DNA from: Thermoproteota archaeon
Lineage (GTDB): Archaea > Thermoproteota > Thermoprotei_A > EX4484-217-1 > JAPDJV01
Assembly (NCBI GenBank): GCA_029258925.1
Contig: JAPDJV010000001.1
Location: 9,885-73,884 of the forward strand
Direction of reading: 5' to 3'
Length of the DNA: 64,000 bases
Positions within the stretch are counted from its first letter, which is position 1. Each line of letters opens with the position of its first letter. This document shows positions 39,069 through 49,875 of this stretch, piece by piece. A program made the position numbers and the translations under genes. The notes below the pieces were generated by a model. It was not told the DNA's origin, searched no databases, and saw only the letters and a list, made by a program, of their open reading frames with translations.

Positions 39069-40670
39069 TTAGAGTTCAGCTAGGTATTTCTCACTTATCA
39101 CCTTGTAAAGTCTGCTCCAAATCAGTTTGTTAAATAATACTATGAATATGCTCATCCACATAATATAAAAGAATAATCCGCCTACATCTCCTAAATTAGC
39201 CGCCCTGCTGATCAACCCTCCAATTCCATGAATATAAATAACGTCTTTTCCAGTAGTTATGTATTCAGCTAATATCGTAGTGTTCCATGCACCTCCCCAA
39301 CCACTTATGCTTCCAGTCACTAGGAACGGTAAAATCCCCGGCAATATTATTTTAGATACGTAGAGCCTACCCCTTATATTATATAATCTAGCTACTTGCC
39401 TGAAGTGTAATGGTATCCCCTTTACGCCTCCCATCACGTTGAAGAATATGTACCATTGCATTCCAGTTAAGATGATGAGTATGGATGCTATATTTGGATC
39501 CACACCGTATTTTTCTATTAATATTATGAAGGCTGGATACCATATTGTTGCAGGTATCGAGGCAAGTACCTCTCCTATAATGATCGAGTATGCGAAGAGT
39601 TTACTGCGGTTCTCCACTAAAATGCAGACTGCTAATATCCATCCTACGCTTATGATATATGCTACTATTATTCTGAAAAGCGTTAGAGCTGTTCCAGTTA
39701 AAGCATTATAGAGATATAGTGTGAAATTCATTGAGAAAAAGAATTCAATAATCGTTGGAAACGCTTTACTGATGCAGAATACCCCCAGAAATACTACTGC
39801 AATTATTACACCCACCATAATCATTTTCAGGATCAACATCGCTTTACTGAGAATCCTGTTCCACGTCTCTCTTGGAATTTTACTAATTAGCTGGTGCAAT
39901 CTATCATCGATCTTACTGTAGATTGCGGAGAGAAAGTCTATTAGGAAACTCGTGCTTACCACAGTGATCGTGGGCGAAGTAATAGATCTAGCCACCTCTC
40001 TATATTCCTCAGCTTTCTCAAGAAGAGGATTCCATATTAACAGGTTGACTAGTATTATGGAAGTAAGCATCATTACTAATCCTATGGCTAGCTTATAGAA
40101 ATCTCCCTTATAGGCTGACATCAATATGAATGATCCGAGACCCGGCAATACTATATTAAACTCTCCCATGGAAATCATTTCACACGCTGTTACAAAAAAC
40201 CATCCGCCCGCCCAAGCCATCATGCTATTGTATATTAAACTGTGGAACGTTGACGGTATAACTATTCTGGTAACATACTTTAAACCTTTAATGCCATATG
40301 CTTTAGCGAGATCCTTAAATTCGCTCGGAATAGTTAGAGCACTCTGGTAAACTCCGAAGGTTATGTTCCATGCTTGGCTTGTGAAAATCAAGAAGATTGA
40401 TGCCAATTCAACTCCTATTCTATCAGGGAAGACAGCTACTAGCAAGTATATTGCTACTGGGAAAAATCCTAGTATTGGAACAGACTGCAATATGTCCAAT
40501 ATCGGTATGATGATTTTCCCTAATCTCTCGTTTAAAGCAGCAGCTATGCCCACGGTTAAGCTGAAGACCAGAGATATCATGTAGGCTAGGAAGAGCCTGA
40601 TGTTAGTGAAGATTGTAGCTTCGATGGCGTAGATCCATATCTCTATTGAGACCATGATTACCATCTGCAT
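39069..40670 (-). CDS. ABC transporter permease, tandem-duplicated (two BPD-transport TM domains)
   Basis: 533 aa, ~12 TM segments, two copies of the permease loop. Confidence 0.6.
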   Translation of the reverse strand: MQMVIMVSIEIWIYAIEATIFTNIRLFLAYMISLVFSLTVGIAAALNERLGKIIIPILDILQSVPILGFFPVAIYLLVAVFPDRIGVELASIFLIFTSQAWNITFGVYQSALTIPSEFKDLAKAYGIKGLKYVTRIVIPSTFHSLIYNSMMAWAGGWFFVTACEMISMGEFNIVLPGLGSFILMSAYKGDFYKLAIGLVMMLTSIILVNLLIWNPLLEKAEEYREVARSITSPTITVVSTSFLIDFLSAIYSKIDDRLHQLISKIPRETWNRILSKAMLILKMIMVGVIIAVVFLGVFCISKAFPTIIEFFFSMNFTLYLYNALTGTALTLFRIIVAYIISVGWILAVCILVENRSKLFAYSIIIGEVLASIPATIWYPAFIILIEKYGVDPNIASILIILTGMQWYIFFNVMGGVKGIPLHFRQVARLYNIRGRLYVSKIILPGILPFLVTGSISGWGGAWNTTILAEYITTGKDVIYIHGIGGLISRAANLGDVGGLFFYIMWMSIFIVLFNKLIWSRLYKVISEKYLAEL

Positions 40671-40783
40671 GCCATTGACTATTGGTTAAAATATTGTGTC
40701 GAATATTAATCTTTTAATACTTCTTAATGAATTAGCTAAGTTGAAGTGGGATGTACAAATCCTATAGAACTGTTTTAATACTT

Positions 40784-40823
40784 GTAATAGGAGAACTATT
40801 CCAATAATAGGAGAACTATTCCA
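40784..40823 (+). repeat. perfect tandem duplication of 20 bp (ATAATAGGAGAACTATTCCA) abutting the GTG start at 40826
   Basis: Copy 1 40784..40803 and copy 2 40804..40823 differ only at the first base; contains GGAG (SD-like). Confidence 0.7.
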
Positions 40824-40825
40824 AG

Positions 40826-41695
40826 GTGAAGACGTTGTTCGACATCGTCAGCTTCCTGTTCTGGATATTATTCTTAATCATTATAGTGACGCCGCAATTA
40901 CAGTATAGGAGTCTCAGGACTGCTAGAATGAGGATTATCAGGGATATCGAGAGAAAATATGGATTAAGAGTTATAACAATGATACATAGACAGGAGAGAA
41001 TAGGGTTCTTCGGTATACCTATATACAGATTCATTGACATAGAGGATTCGGAAGCCGTTGTTAGAGCCATCAGGTCTACTCCACCAGACAAACCTATAGG
41101 TTTAATCTTACATACTCCTGGAGGACTAGTATTAGCAGCATCTCAAATAGCATATGCTCTGAAAAGACATCCCGGGAAGAAGATAGTAATAGTCCCCCAC
41201 TACGCTATGTCTGGAGGGACATTAATAGTCCTAGTAGCAGATGAAATATGGATGGATCCAAATGCCGTCCTAGGACCGCTGGATCCCCAGCTCAACACTG
41301 GTAGGGGAATGTCGCTTCCAGCACCATCGATAATTAAGGTAGCTAAAATGAAGGGCATGAAGGCGTCCGATACAACTCTAATGATAGCTGATATTGCTGA
41401 GAAGGCTCTTGAAGAGGTCCAGGAAATAATAATTGATTTACTTAAAGAAAAAATGGGGGAGGAGAAAGCAAGGAATATAGCTATTGCCCTCACAGAGGGA
41501 AGATGGACCCACGATTACCCGATTACCGTGGAGAAAGCCAAAGAGCTAGGGTTACCTGTAATAGAGAAGGTGCCCCTAGAAGTATATGAGCTAATGTCGC
41601 TGTATCCACAGGCCCATCAGCAGAGACCTGGAATAGAGTACATACCATACCCAATACCGCAACCAGCTAAACCTTTGAGGAGAGAGGGCGGGTAA
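40826..41695 (+). CDS. membrane-anchored Clp-fold serine protease, SDH (S49-like) family
   Basis: 289 aa; N-terminal TM helix, LHTPGG motif and surrounding pattern of SDH proteases. Confidence 0.5.
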   Translation: MKTLFDIVSFLFWILFLIIIVTPQLQYRSLRTARMRIIRDIERKYGLRVITMIHRQERIGFFGIPIYRFIDIEDSEAVVRAIRSTPPDKPIGLILHTPGGLVLAASQIAYALKRHPGKKIVIVPHYAMSGGTLIVLVADEIWMDPNAVLGPLDPQLNTGRGMSLPAPSIIKVAKMKGMKASDTTLMIADIAEKALEEVQEIIIDLLKEKMGEEKARNIAIALTEGRWTHDYPITVEKAKELGLPVIEKVPLEVYELMSLYPQAHQQRPGIEYIPYPIPQPAKPLRREGG

Positions 41696-41759
41696 ACGCG
41701 CTCCACTTAAATCGGGAAACTGTTACAAAATATTTTTACACACCCTAATACCACTCATA

Positions 41760-42605
41760 TTGGGGATTGATATGAGAGCTTTTATATCAGTTGACCTAGA
41801 GGGTATGCCTTACATCGTTACCGTTGAACACCTACTATTGAAGAGAGCTTTATACGATGAAGCTAGAAACATAGCAACTGAAATAACATCAATTGTTTGT
41901 GAAGCACTCCACGAGGAAGGCGTCGATGAAATAGTAGTAGCAGATAGCCACGGACCAATGGTTAACATACGTCCCGAAAAAATCCCCGACTACGTTCATC
42001 TAATAAGAGGCTACCCGCGTCCCCTAAGCATGGTTACAGGAGGCTTCGAGTGCGATATGGCAATATTCTTAGGTTATCATGCTAAACCGGGCACGATGAA
42101 ATCAACATTCGACCACACATATAGTGGCAGATCTTTTCATAAAGTAAAAATTAATGGTGTTGAGGTGAGCGAGTACCTTCTGAACGCCTACGTGCTCGGA
42201 TATAGAGGAGTACCCGTAGTAATGGTGGCTGGAGACGATAAGCTCATAGAGGAAGTCATGGAGACGGCTCCATGGATAGAAACCGTAGTATTGAAGAAGT
42301 CTTACGGCAGATATTCTGCTCAAAGTCCAAGCATGAGGAAGCTGAGGGAAATGCTCACGTATGCAGCTAAGAGGTCTATAAGAAAGTTCAATGAAAAAAG
42401 AGTTAAACCCTTAATCCCTTCCACTCCAGTAAATGTGGAGATTTCATTTACTTCAACAGGATATGCTGATGTAGCTGAACTCCTCCCTAAAGCTAGGCGC
42501 ATAAACGGTTTAACAGTTAGCTTCCAGAGTGAAAACATTGAAGAAGCATATAAAACCATAGAGTTGATTGCATTGGCCTGTGCTGGCGTGAGATCAGAGC
42601 TATAG
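41760..42605 (+). CDS. D-aminopeptidase DppA-like (peptidase M55)
   Basis: 281 aa; N-terminal ISVDLEGMP and SHG metal motifs typical of M55 DppA. Confidence 0.5.
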   Translation: MGIDMRAFISVDLEGMPYIVTVEHLLLKRALYDEARNIATEITSIVCEALHEEGVDEIVVADSHGPMVNIRPEKIPDYVHLIRGYPRPLSMVTGGFECDMAIFLGYHAKPGTMKSTFDHTYSGRSFHKVKINGVEVSEYLLNAYVLGYRGVPVVMVAGDDKLIEEVMETAPWIETVVLKKSYGRYSAQSPSMRKLREMLTYAAKRSIRKFNEKRVKPLIPSTPVNVEISFTSTGYADVAELLPKARRINGLTVSFQSENIEEAYKTIELIALACAGVRSEL

Positions 42606-42615
42606 CAGCGTGCTT

Positions 42616-43970
42616 CTAAGCAATTCTCCCATACTCTTTTATAAATGATATAGTATACATTATGCTTCTCTTAAAGCCGTCAACAGTTATGTACTCGTTA
42701 GGTGTGTGAGCCCTCGCACCATAGCCTAAACCAGCTCCTACTACTGGAAGTTTTAGGAGTTTATTGAATAGGTAGAATGGTGCTGATCCGGGCATCATTG
42801 GAACTATGCATGGCTCAAATCCTAAATTGCGATAGGCCTGTATCGACGTGCTAACTAGAGGATGTTCGATATCGGTTTTGCTCCAATCATACATATCATG
42901 AACTATTACGTCGACGTCTTGGAATCCACGCTTATTTAAGTAATTAATTATTTTCTCTAGAGTTCTAGCAGGATTCATGTTGGGTACGAGTCTCACATCT
43001 ATCCTAGCCCTAGCCTCCGAGGGTGTGATAGTTTTAGTGCCTGAGCCCATGTATCCTGCCTCGATTCCGTCGACGTTTATGGAGGGCTCGAAGAATACTT
43101 TCCTGTAAAACTCCTCGCCAGAACACCTCAACTCTTTAACCCCATGCTCTTCTACGAGTTCTTCGAGTCTAAAGTATTCCATTAAATCTTTCAAAAACTC
43201 CAAGTCTCTACTAGGTATCTCCACGTCATCGTATAATTCTTCAACCAGTACTTCTCCTCTGGGACCTATCAAACTAGAAATAGCATGTATTATTCTGGCA
43301 ACAGAGCTTACTATGCCCTGAGCTAGCGATGAGTGTACGTCTGAAGAGGCCTTCACGCATTTTAATTCCAGGAATATTATGCCCTTGTTCCCTAAAATTA
43401 CTGCAGGCTTCCCTGCTTATTCTCGGTCATTTCCTGGAAATATACTCCCCCTGCACCCATGAGTTCCTGCTTATGGTCTTCAACGAACCTGGGCATGCTT
43501 ATACTCCCTAACTCCTCTTCTCCCTCAACCACGAATACTACGTCAAACGGCAGTTTTCCTTCAACTTCTAAAACCGTTTCTAATCCACACATGAAAGCCA
43601 TTAAAGGCCCTTTACTGTTTACTGCTCCTCTTGCAATAATCTTATTTCCGATGATTTCCGCTTCAAATGGGGGAGAAATCCACTTGTCTACTGGATCAGG
43701 GGGTTGGACATCGTACATGCCGTATGATATTAGGGGTTTTGATTCTCCAGATCCCTTAATCACTCCATATACTATTGGGTGGCCCTCGTATCTAATGGGT
43801 CTGGCCTCCCCGCCCATCTCCTCTATGTATTGTTTGACTAGTGCTGCACAGTCCTCTATGCCCTCTCCCGTCCCAGATATGCTGGGTTGCATTAGTAGTG
43901 ATCTGAGTTTTTCCAGGTATTCGTCGAATCTCTCATTTAGTATTTTGAAGTATGAATCCAGATTCGCCAT
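42616..43970 (-). pseudogene. M20-family metallopeptidase (dipeptidase/deacylase) split by a frameshift near 43395
   Basis: ORF 43398..43970 has the M20 catalytic domain (YDVQP, EGEEELG); ORF 42616..43356 has the dimerisation/C-terminal domain (GNKGIIFLEL reading upstream, HSS, HTPNE); frames differ by 1. Confidence 0.55.
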
Positions 43971-43994
43971 TTACCCACCCGCATTCAAGGTTAT

Positions 43995-45155
43995 CTACTT
44001 GTATACTTCAAAGAGTTGCCTGTTCAAGTATTTTTCAACAATATCCTTTCTCAGCTCTACACCTAACCCGGGCTTCTCGGGGACCTTAATGTGAAGAACT
44101 CCATTAATCATTGTCTCCTCTAGTCCCACTCCAGGATCCTCCAATATACCCCAATCCGCTCCCGGAATTCTGATGTCCCCGAAAACCATGTTTCCCAATG
44201 CTGCGAATATGTGGATGGCTGCGGCGTGGCCTATGCTTGTCTCACCCATTCCACCCATGTAAGTCGGTATCCCGGCTACTTCTGCAATAGCATTTATTCT
44301 GAGAGCATTATATATTCCGCCTGATTTCATCAGCTTTATATTTATTATATCGCAAGCCCTCTTCTCAATGGCTCTTAGCGCGTCTCTGGAACTGTGGACG
44401 CTTTCGTCGAGCATTATGGGCGTGTCTACTGCTCTCCTTATCTCCGATAAGCCGTCTAGATCCCACCAGACTATTGGTTGCTCAACTAGTTCAAGCTCGT
44501 ATTTTTCCATCAACCTTATTGCTTTTATTGCTCTTTTAGGTTTAATCCACCCCTGATTAGCGTCAGCCCTTATCTTCACACCCCACCCAACAGCTTCTCT
44601 TATCAACTTTATTTTCTCTGCATCCTTATAGGGGTCTTCTCCCACCTTTATTTTCAATATCTTAAGACCTCTATCAACGTCTCTTTTAACCTTCTCTAAA
44701 ACCTCTCTTACATCTGCTATTACTGCACCACCTACTTCAGGTATAACATTCCTCGTCATACCGCCTATAATTTTGCAGACTGGTTCACCTGTAGCCTTAC
44801 CCACAATATCGTATAACGCCATTTCGATTGCTGCTTTAGCGCTCGGATTCCCCACTGTCGCGCGATCCATTAATCTAACCGCTTCATCGATATTGAAGGG
44901 ATCTAGTCCTATCAAGCATTTTTCGAGTCTCTCCTTAATTATTGCAGTTACTGTTCCCATAGTTTCGCCTGTAAACTCGTATGCAGGGCAGGCCTCTCCG
45001 AAACCTGTTATTCCACTATCTGTTTTCACTTCGACGTAAATAAAGGGCTGACTAAGATAAGTCGCTGTTGCTATTTTAAAAGGCTTCTTATAGGGTATTT
45101 CAACGGGGTAAACCCTTATTTCAGTTATCTTCACGTCTATGCTCACCCGAGTCAT
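43995..45155 (-). CDS. enolase-superfamily dipeptide epimerase (L-Ala-D/L-Glu epimerase-like, MR/MLE family)
   Basis: 386 aa; KIKVG motif, metal-ligand Asp/Glu pattern of the MR/MLE barrel. Confidence 0.6.
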   Translation of the reverse strand: MTRVSIDVKITEIRVYPVEIPYKKPFKIATATYLSQPFIYVEVKTDSGITGFGEACPAYEFTGETMGTVTAIIKERLEKCLIGLDPFNIDEAVRLMDRATVGNPSAKAAIEMALYDIVGKATGEPVCKIIGGMTRNVIPEVGGAVIADVREVLEKVKRDVDRGLKILKIKVGEDPYKDAEKIKLIREAVGWGVKIRADANQGWIKPKRAIKAIRLMEKYELELVEQPIVWWDLDGLSEIRRAVDTPIMLDESVHSSRDALRAIEKRACDIINIKLMKSGGIYNALRINAIAEVAGIPTYMGGMGETSIGHAAAIHIFAALGNMVFGDIRIPGADWGILEDPGVGLEETMINGVLHIKVPEKPGLGVELRKDIVEKYLNRQLFEVYK

Positions 45156-45230
45156 ACATTTTATAAAAGGTTTGAAAACTAAATGACTTTAAAAAACTTA
45201 AATATATTGCATATGGAAATACAATATTTT

Positions 45231-46997
45231 TCACGAACATTTAACACCTCTTCCCTTTCTTAGAGCCATCCCACACTTTTCGCCAGTATATTCTCCATTG
45301 ACAACCACTGGAACACCATTAACCACTACATGTACTATTCCGCTGGAATACCTTCGCGGTTCGATAAAGTCTCCATTATCCTTGATCTTGTTCTCGTCAA
45401 AAACTACTATATCAGCCCAAGCACCAACTTTCAAGACGCCTCTATTCTCCAGTTTAAACCTTTCAGCAGGATAGGGAGTTACTTTTCTTATGGCTTCCTC
45501 TAATGCTAAAACCCTCTTCTCGTAAACATATCTTCTTATAAGCCTAGTGAATGCCCCGTAGGTGTTCATGTGTGGTAGAAAGTATGGTGGATAGTTAACT
45601 TTCCACTTAACGTCTAGTGCAAATGTGTCTGAACCAATCATACATCTAGGGTCTTCGAGGAATTCCTCTACCTCTCCCTCACTCACATAATCTCTCTTAA
45701 TTCTCGTCTCCGTGTCGAGTTCTAGAAGTCTGAAGACGGTTTCGTACTCGTTTAAGCCCATGATTTTCGAAACTTCTGAAATACTTTTACCAACATAATC
45801 CTCTACAGCATGTTCTATTACTACTATCGTATGCATCCAGTACGGGTTCTTCCCTCCCCTAATATCCCTTAAAATCTCTTCCTTAACTTCAGGTATTTTC
45901 AATGCTCTTAACACTCTCTCTATGGATCCCATCTCTATTATCCATGGCGATAATAGAGATTTTAAATAAGGTATTACGAATAGTCCTCCGCTAGTATTAG
46001 GTATTATATCATACGTTACGTTTATTCCTTTACCAAGTGCATCATCTATAATCTTTATTGTCTGCCTTGCAGCACACCTGTGCATATAATCGTTTATCAG
46101 CGGAGGATACACATCGTAGACTGAGAACAAGTGGGATATGTGGACAGGGACTCCTGTTCTCCTACCTATCTCTATAGCCTCCACTACGCCATAGTATTTT
46201 TCCCCGAGAAAACCTTTAACCCTAGACCTCACATGGCTAACGTAGATGCCGCCATGATCTCTCAACGTCTCCACTAACTCCACTATCTCACCCGTTGTAG
46301 CATAACGGCCTGGCTCGTAGTCTAGTCCGGTTGAGAAACCAATTGCCCCCTCATCTAGAGACTCTTCTAACAACTCTTTCATCTCTCTTAGCTCACTTTT
46401 ACTGGCTTCACGCTTGTAATCTAAGCCCATTACAGCTGCTCTGATAGTGTTGTGGCCCGCCATCGGCACGTAATTTATTGACACTCCTCTTTCCTCGAGT
46501 CTATCTAAGAATTCTCCAATAGTTTTCCAATCGATGATCCAACCATACTTCTCCCTCATTTTCTCGTTAACCTTTTCAAGAGAGAGCATAACCAGCCTAT
46601 ACCACTTGTATGGCGATATCTCATGCCACCAATCATACTCCCAGTCGTCCATCAACCACATTTCTCTCAGAGGCCTTGGAGAATACCCGCAATTTCCCCC
46701 TATTACCGTGGTGACTCCTTGGTAAACATAGTTTAAGGCTTCAGGGTAGTGGAGGAGTATTGTGTCGGCGTGAGTGTGAACATCTATGAAGCCAGGGGAG
46801 ACTATTAGGCCTTCAGCGTTTAAAGTGATTTCACCAGTTTCTCCCCCAAGGTCTCCTATGAAAGATATTTTTCCACGTGAAATCCCTATGTCTCCCTTAA
46901 ATCTCTCCCTACCAGTACCGTCCACTATTGTCCCGTTCTTGATTACAACATCGTAGACCATTATTTCACCTGTCTTGAACCTATGAGTATCGACCAT
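45231..46997 (-). CDS. N-acyl-D-amino-acid deacylase (D-aminoacylase) family amidohydrolase
   Basis: 588 aa; N-terminal YDVVIKNGTIVDGTG..GDIGI..GKI and FIDVHTHAD metal motif of the D-aminoacylase family; true start maybe Met at MVYDV. Confidence 0.55.
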   Translation of the reverse strand: MVDTHRFKTGEIMVYDVVIKNGTIVDGTGRERFKGDIGISRGKISFIGDLGGETGEITLNAEGLIVSPGFIDVHTHADTILLHYPEALNYVYQGVTTVIGGNCGYSPRPLREMWLMDDWEYDWWHEISPYKWYRLVMLSLEKVNEKMREKYGWIIDWKTIGEFLDRLEERGVSINYVPMAGHNTIRAAVMGLDYKREASKSELREMKELLEESLDEGAIGFSTGLDYEPGRYATTGEIVELVETLRDHGGIYVSHVRSRVKGFLGEKYYGVVEAIEIGRRTGVPVHISHLFSVYDVYPPLINDYMHRCAARQTIKIIDDALGKGINVTYDIIPNTSGGLFVIPYLKSLLSPWIIEMGSIERVLRALKIPEVKEEILRDIRGGKNPYWMHTIVVIEHAVEDYVGKSISEVSKIMGLNEYETVFRLLELDTETRIKRDYVSEGEVEEFLEDPRCMIGSDTFALDVKWKVNYPPYFLPHMNTYGAFTRLIRRYVYEKRVLALEEAIRKVTPYPAERFKLENRGVLKVGAWADIVVFDENKIKDNGDFIEPRRYSSGIVHVVVNGVPVVVNGEYTGEKCGMALRKGRGVKCS

Positions 46998-48004
46998 ACA
47001 GCTCTTGCTTCACTCGATACGTCTATTTCCCCGATTCTATGGCATGCAACAACGTGTCCTCCTCCTATATCCACCAAGCTGGGCTCTTTCCTAGAACATT
47101 TTTCGATGGCATAAGGACATCTTGGATGAAACCTGCATCCTTTCGGAATATTTATTGGACTTGAGGGCTCTCCTCTAATAATCATTTTCTTGAGAGACTT
47201 TCTCCTGGGATCCGGTATGGGGGCAGCGGATAAGAGTGTAGCTGTATAAGGATGCTTCATATTCTTGAACAACTCGTCTGTTTCAGCTATTTCAACTATT
47301 TTACCTAAGTACATTACTCCAATTTTATCACTCATGTGCCTTATTGTAAGTAGGTCGTGGCTTATAAAGAGGTAGGTTAAACCCATATCTTTTTGCAAAT
47401 CTAGTAGGAGGTTCAGTATTTGAGCTCTTACGGAAACATCTAGAGAAGACGTGGGCTCGTCTAGAATTATTAGGTCGGGCCTCAATATTATAGCTCTAGC
47501 TATTGCAACTCTCTGCTGCTGTCCCCCGCTAAGCTGGTGAGGATATCTGTGGACGTGTTCTACTCCTAGCCCCACTTTTCTTAATGTTTCTATAATCAAT
47601 TCGTCTGCCTTTTCTCCTGAAGCTATTTTATGTATTTTAAGCGGTCTAAGCAAGTGTTGTCTGACAGTCATTCTAGGATTTAGAGAAGAGTAGGGGTCTT
47701 GAAAAACCACGCTGACTCTGCGCCTGAACTCCTTCATTTTTCTTCTGGGAATTTCAGTGATATCCATACCGTCGAAGAAGACTTTGCCTGATGTAGGCTT
47801 GTATAGCATAAGTATTGTTAGACCTACTGTGGTTTTGCCGGAACCGGATTCGCCAACTAGACCAAAAGTTTCCCCTCTATTGATACTGAATGAAACCCCG
47901 TCGACAGCTTTCACAACGATCTTCTTCCTGAATAAAATGCCCCTGCTGTGGACAAAGTACTTCTTTAAATTTACTACCTCAAGTAACGGGTTCAAAGGAT
48001 TCAC
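46961..48004 (-). CDS. peptide ABC transporter ATP-binding protein (OppF/DppF-like)
   Basis: [24 protein letters not shown]-terminal oligopeptide-transporter extension with Cys residues. Confidence 0.8.
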   Translation of the reverse strand: MNPLNPLLEVVNLKKYFVHSRGILFRKKIVVKAVDGVSFSINRGETFGLVGESGSGKTTVGLTILMLYKPTSGKVFFDGMDITEIPRRKMKEFRRRVSVVFQDPYSSLNPRMTVRQHLLRPLKIHKIASGEKADELIIETLRKVGLGVEHVHRYPHQLSGGQQQRVAIARAIILRPDLIILDEPTSSLDVSVRAQILNLLLDLQKDMGLTYLFISHDLLTIRHMSDKIGVMYLGKIVEIAETDELFKNMKHPYTATLLSAAPIPDPRRKSLKKMIIRGEPSSPINIPKGCRFHPRCPYAIEKCSRKEPSLVDIGGGHVVACHRIGEIDVSSEARAVWSILIGSRQVK

Positions 48005-48972
48005 CTACTATACATGTGGCATGCAACAATATGTCCTCCCAAATCTATAGTCTCAGGAGGCTTCTCTCTACAAATGTCCATGGCGTACTTGCATCTTGGA
48101 TGGAATTTGCAACCCCTGGGAGGGTTTATGGGGCTTGGAAGTACCCCCGGTATGTGCTCCAACTTTTTCTTCCTCTCAGGCTTCAAAGGCAGACAAGCTA
48201 TCAACCCCTTAGTGTACGGATGGAGAGGGTTCTCGAAAACCTCCTCTACCTCACCCATTTCGACAATGTTGCCGAGGTACATTACTCCAACTCTATCGCT
48301 CATCTCAGCTACAACGCCGAAATCATGGGTTATCATGAGCATCGATGTTTTATAGTCCTTCTTCAACTCCATTAGTAAGTCGAGTATTTGGGCCTGAATT
48401 GTGACATCTAATGCTGTAGTCGGCTCATCGGCTATCAGCAGCTTTGGTCTACACGAGATCATCATTGCTATGAGTGCTCTCTGCCTCATGCCACCGCTGA
48501 ACTGATGAGGATAATATCTTGCCCTAATATCGGGGTCAGGAATCTTGACTCTTCTAATCAATTTGATAGCCTTCGATATAGCACTCTTCTTATCTTCTCC
48601 GAAATGAGCCATTAAGGGTTCTCCTATCTGAAATCCCACTGTTAAAATGGGGTTGAGAGACGTCATTGGGTTTTGAAATATCATTGCAATTTCTTTACCC
48701 CTAATCTTCCTCATATCGGCTTCATTAAGTTCCAATAGATTTCTTCCCTCAAACATCACTTTACCAGACACTATTTTCCCTGGAGGCCCAATCAGCCTTA
48801 GAATGCTTAGAGCAGTAACGCTCTTGCCACACCCGGTTTCTCCAACTAGGGAGAATACTTCGTCTCTCATAATGTTAAAGCTGACTCCATCTACGGCCTT
48901 AACAACTCCTCTGCTAAGGTAAAAGTATGTTCTAAGATTTTCCACAGATAGCAGAGGCTCCATTTTCGACAC
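48001..48972 (-). CDS. peptide ABC transporter ATP-binding protein (OppD/DppD-like)
   Basis: [25 protein letters not shown]; overlaps neighbours by 4 nt. Confidence 0.8.
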   Translation of the reverse strand: MSKMEPLLSVENLRTYFYLSRGVVKAVDGVSFNIMRDEVFSLVGETGCGKSVTALSILRLIGPPGKIVSGKVMFEGRNLLELNEADMRKIRGKEIAMIFQNPMTSLNPILTVGFQIGEPLMAHFGEDKKSAISKAIKLIRRVKIPDPDIRARYYPHQFSGGMRQRALIAMMISCRPKLLIADEPTTALDVTIQAQILDLLMELKKDYKTSMLMITHDFGVVAEMSDRVGVMYLGNIVEMGEVEEVFENPLHPYTKGLIACLPLKPERKKKLEHIPGVLPSPINPPRGCKFHPRCKYAMDICREKPPETIDLGGHIVACHMYSR

Positions 48973-49875
48973 CTAGATCTTCAGTTTAGGATCAAGCATG
49001 TCTCTGAGGCCGTCTCCAAGCAGGTTGAATCCTAGGGCTGTTATGACAATGAATATTCCTGGGAAAGTCGTTATCCAAGGTGCATAAATCATTTTGTCTC
49101 TTCCCTCAGCAAGCATTGCACCCCAATCCGGCGTTGGAGGCTGAGCCCCAAATCCTAGGAAGCTCAGAGCAGTTGTCGACAGTATGGCGCTTGGAATAGT
49201 TAGAGTCGCTAAAACAATTATTGGAGACAGCACGTTCGGCAGTATGTACCTAACTATAATATTGAAGTTGTTTTCGCCTATTGCCCTAGCAGCTAGTATG
49301 AACTCTCTGTTAACGAGGGATTGAACCTTCGCTCTAGTGATTCTGGTGAAAGGAGGCCAGCTTACTATAGCAATTGCGGCTACAACGTTTAGTAGACCGG
49401 GGCCAATAATTATCACTATCCCCAAAGCTAATACTAATGGTGGAAGTGCCCAGATGATGTCTGTTATAGCTGAGATCACTTTATCAGCTATTCCACCGTA
49501 GTAACCGGCTATCAGCCCCAATACAACACCTATCGATGCCTCGATTAACATCACTATTAGGCCGACCATTAAAGCTATTCTCGATCCATAAATCACTCTA
49601 CTAAAAATACATCTTCCGAGGTCGTCGGTTCCAAAAGGATACTCTGAGCTAGGTGGCTTCAACCTATCTGCCACATTGGTTTCATCATATCTCCTTAAAG
49701 CTATGAGCGGAGCCGCGATTGCTATAATAGTCACTGCGCACACTATGAAGAAGCCTATTAGCGCCATTTTATAATAGAACATCATTCTTAGACCTTCTAT
49801 AATTCTTCTAGCATTCAACAAAACGTTATCCATAATACCAATCTTAGACTTATACATCTCACCCGGCCTCCTCAA
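48973..49875 (-). CDS. peptide ABC transporter permease (OppC/DppC-like)
   Basis: 300 aa, six TM, EAA-like loop. Confidence 0.75.
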   Translation of the reverse strand: MRRPGEMYKSKIGIMDNVLLNARRIIEGLRMMFYYKMALIGFFIVCAVTIIAIAAPLIALRRYDETNVADRLKPPSSEYPFGTDDLGRCIFSRVIYGSRIALMVGLIVMLIEASIGVVLGLIAGYYGGIADKVISAITDIIWALPPLVLALGIVIIIGPGLLNVVAAIAIVSWPPFTRITRAKVQSLVNREFILAARAIGENNFNIIVRYILPNVLSPIIVLATLTIPSAILSTTALSFLGFGAQPPTPDWGAMLAEGRDKMIYAPWITTFPGIFIVITALGFNLLGDGLRDMLDPKLKI

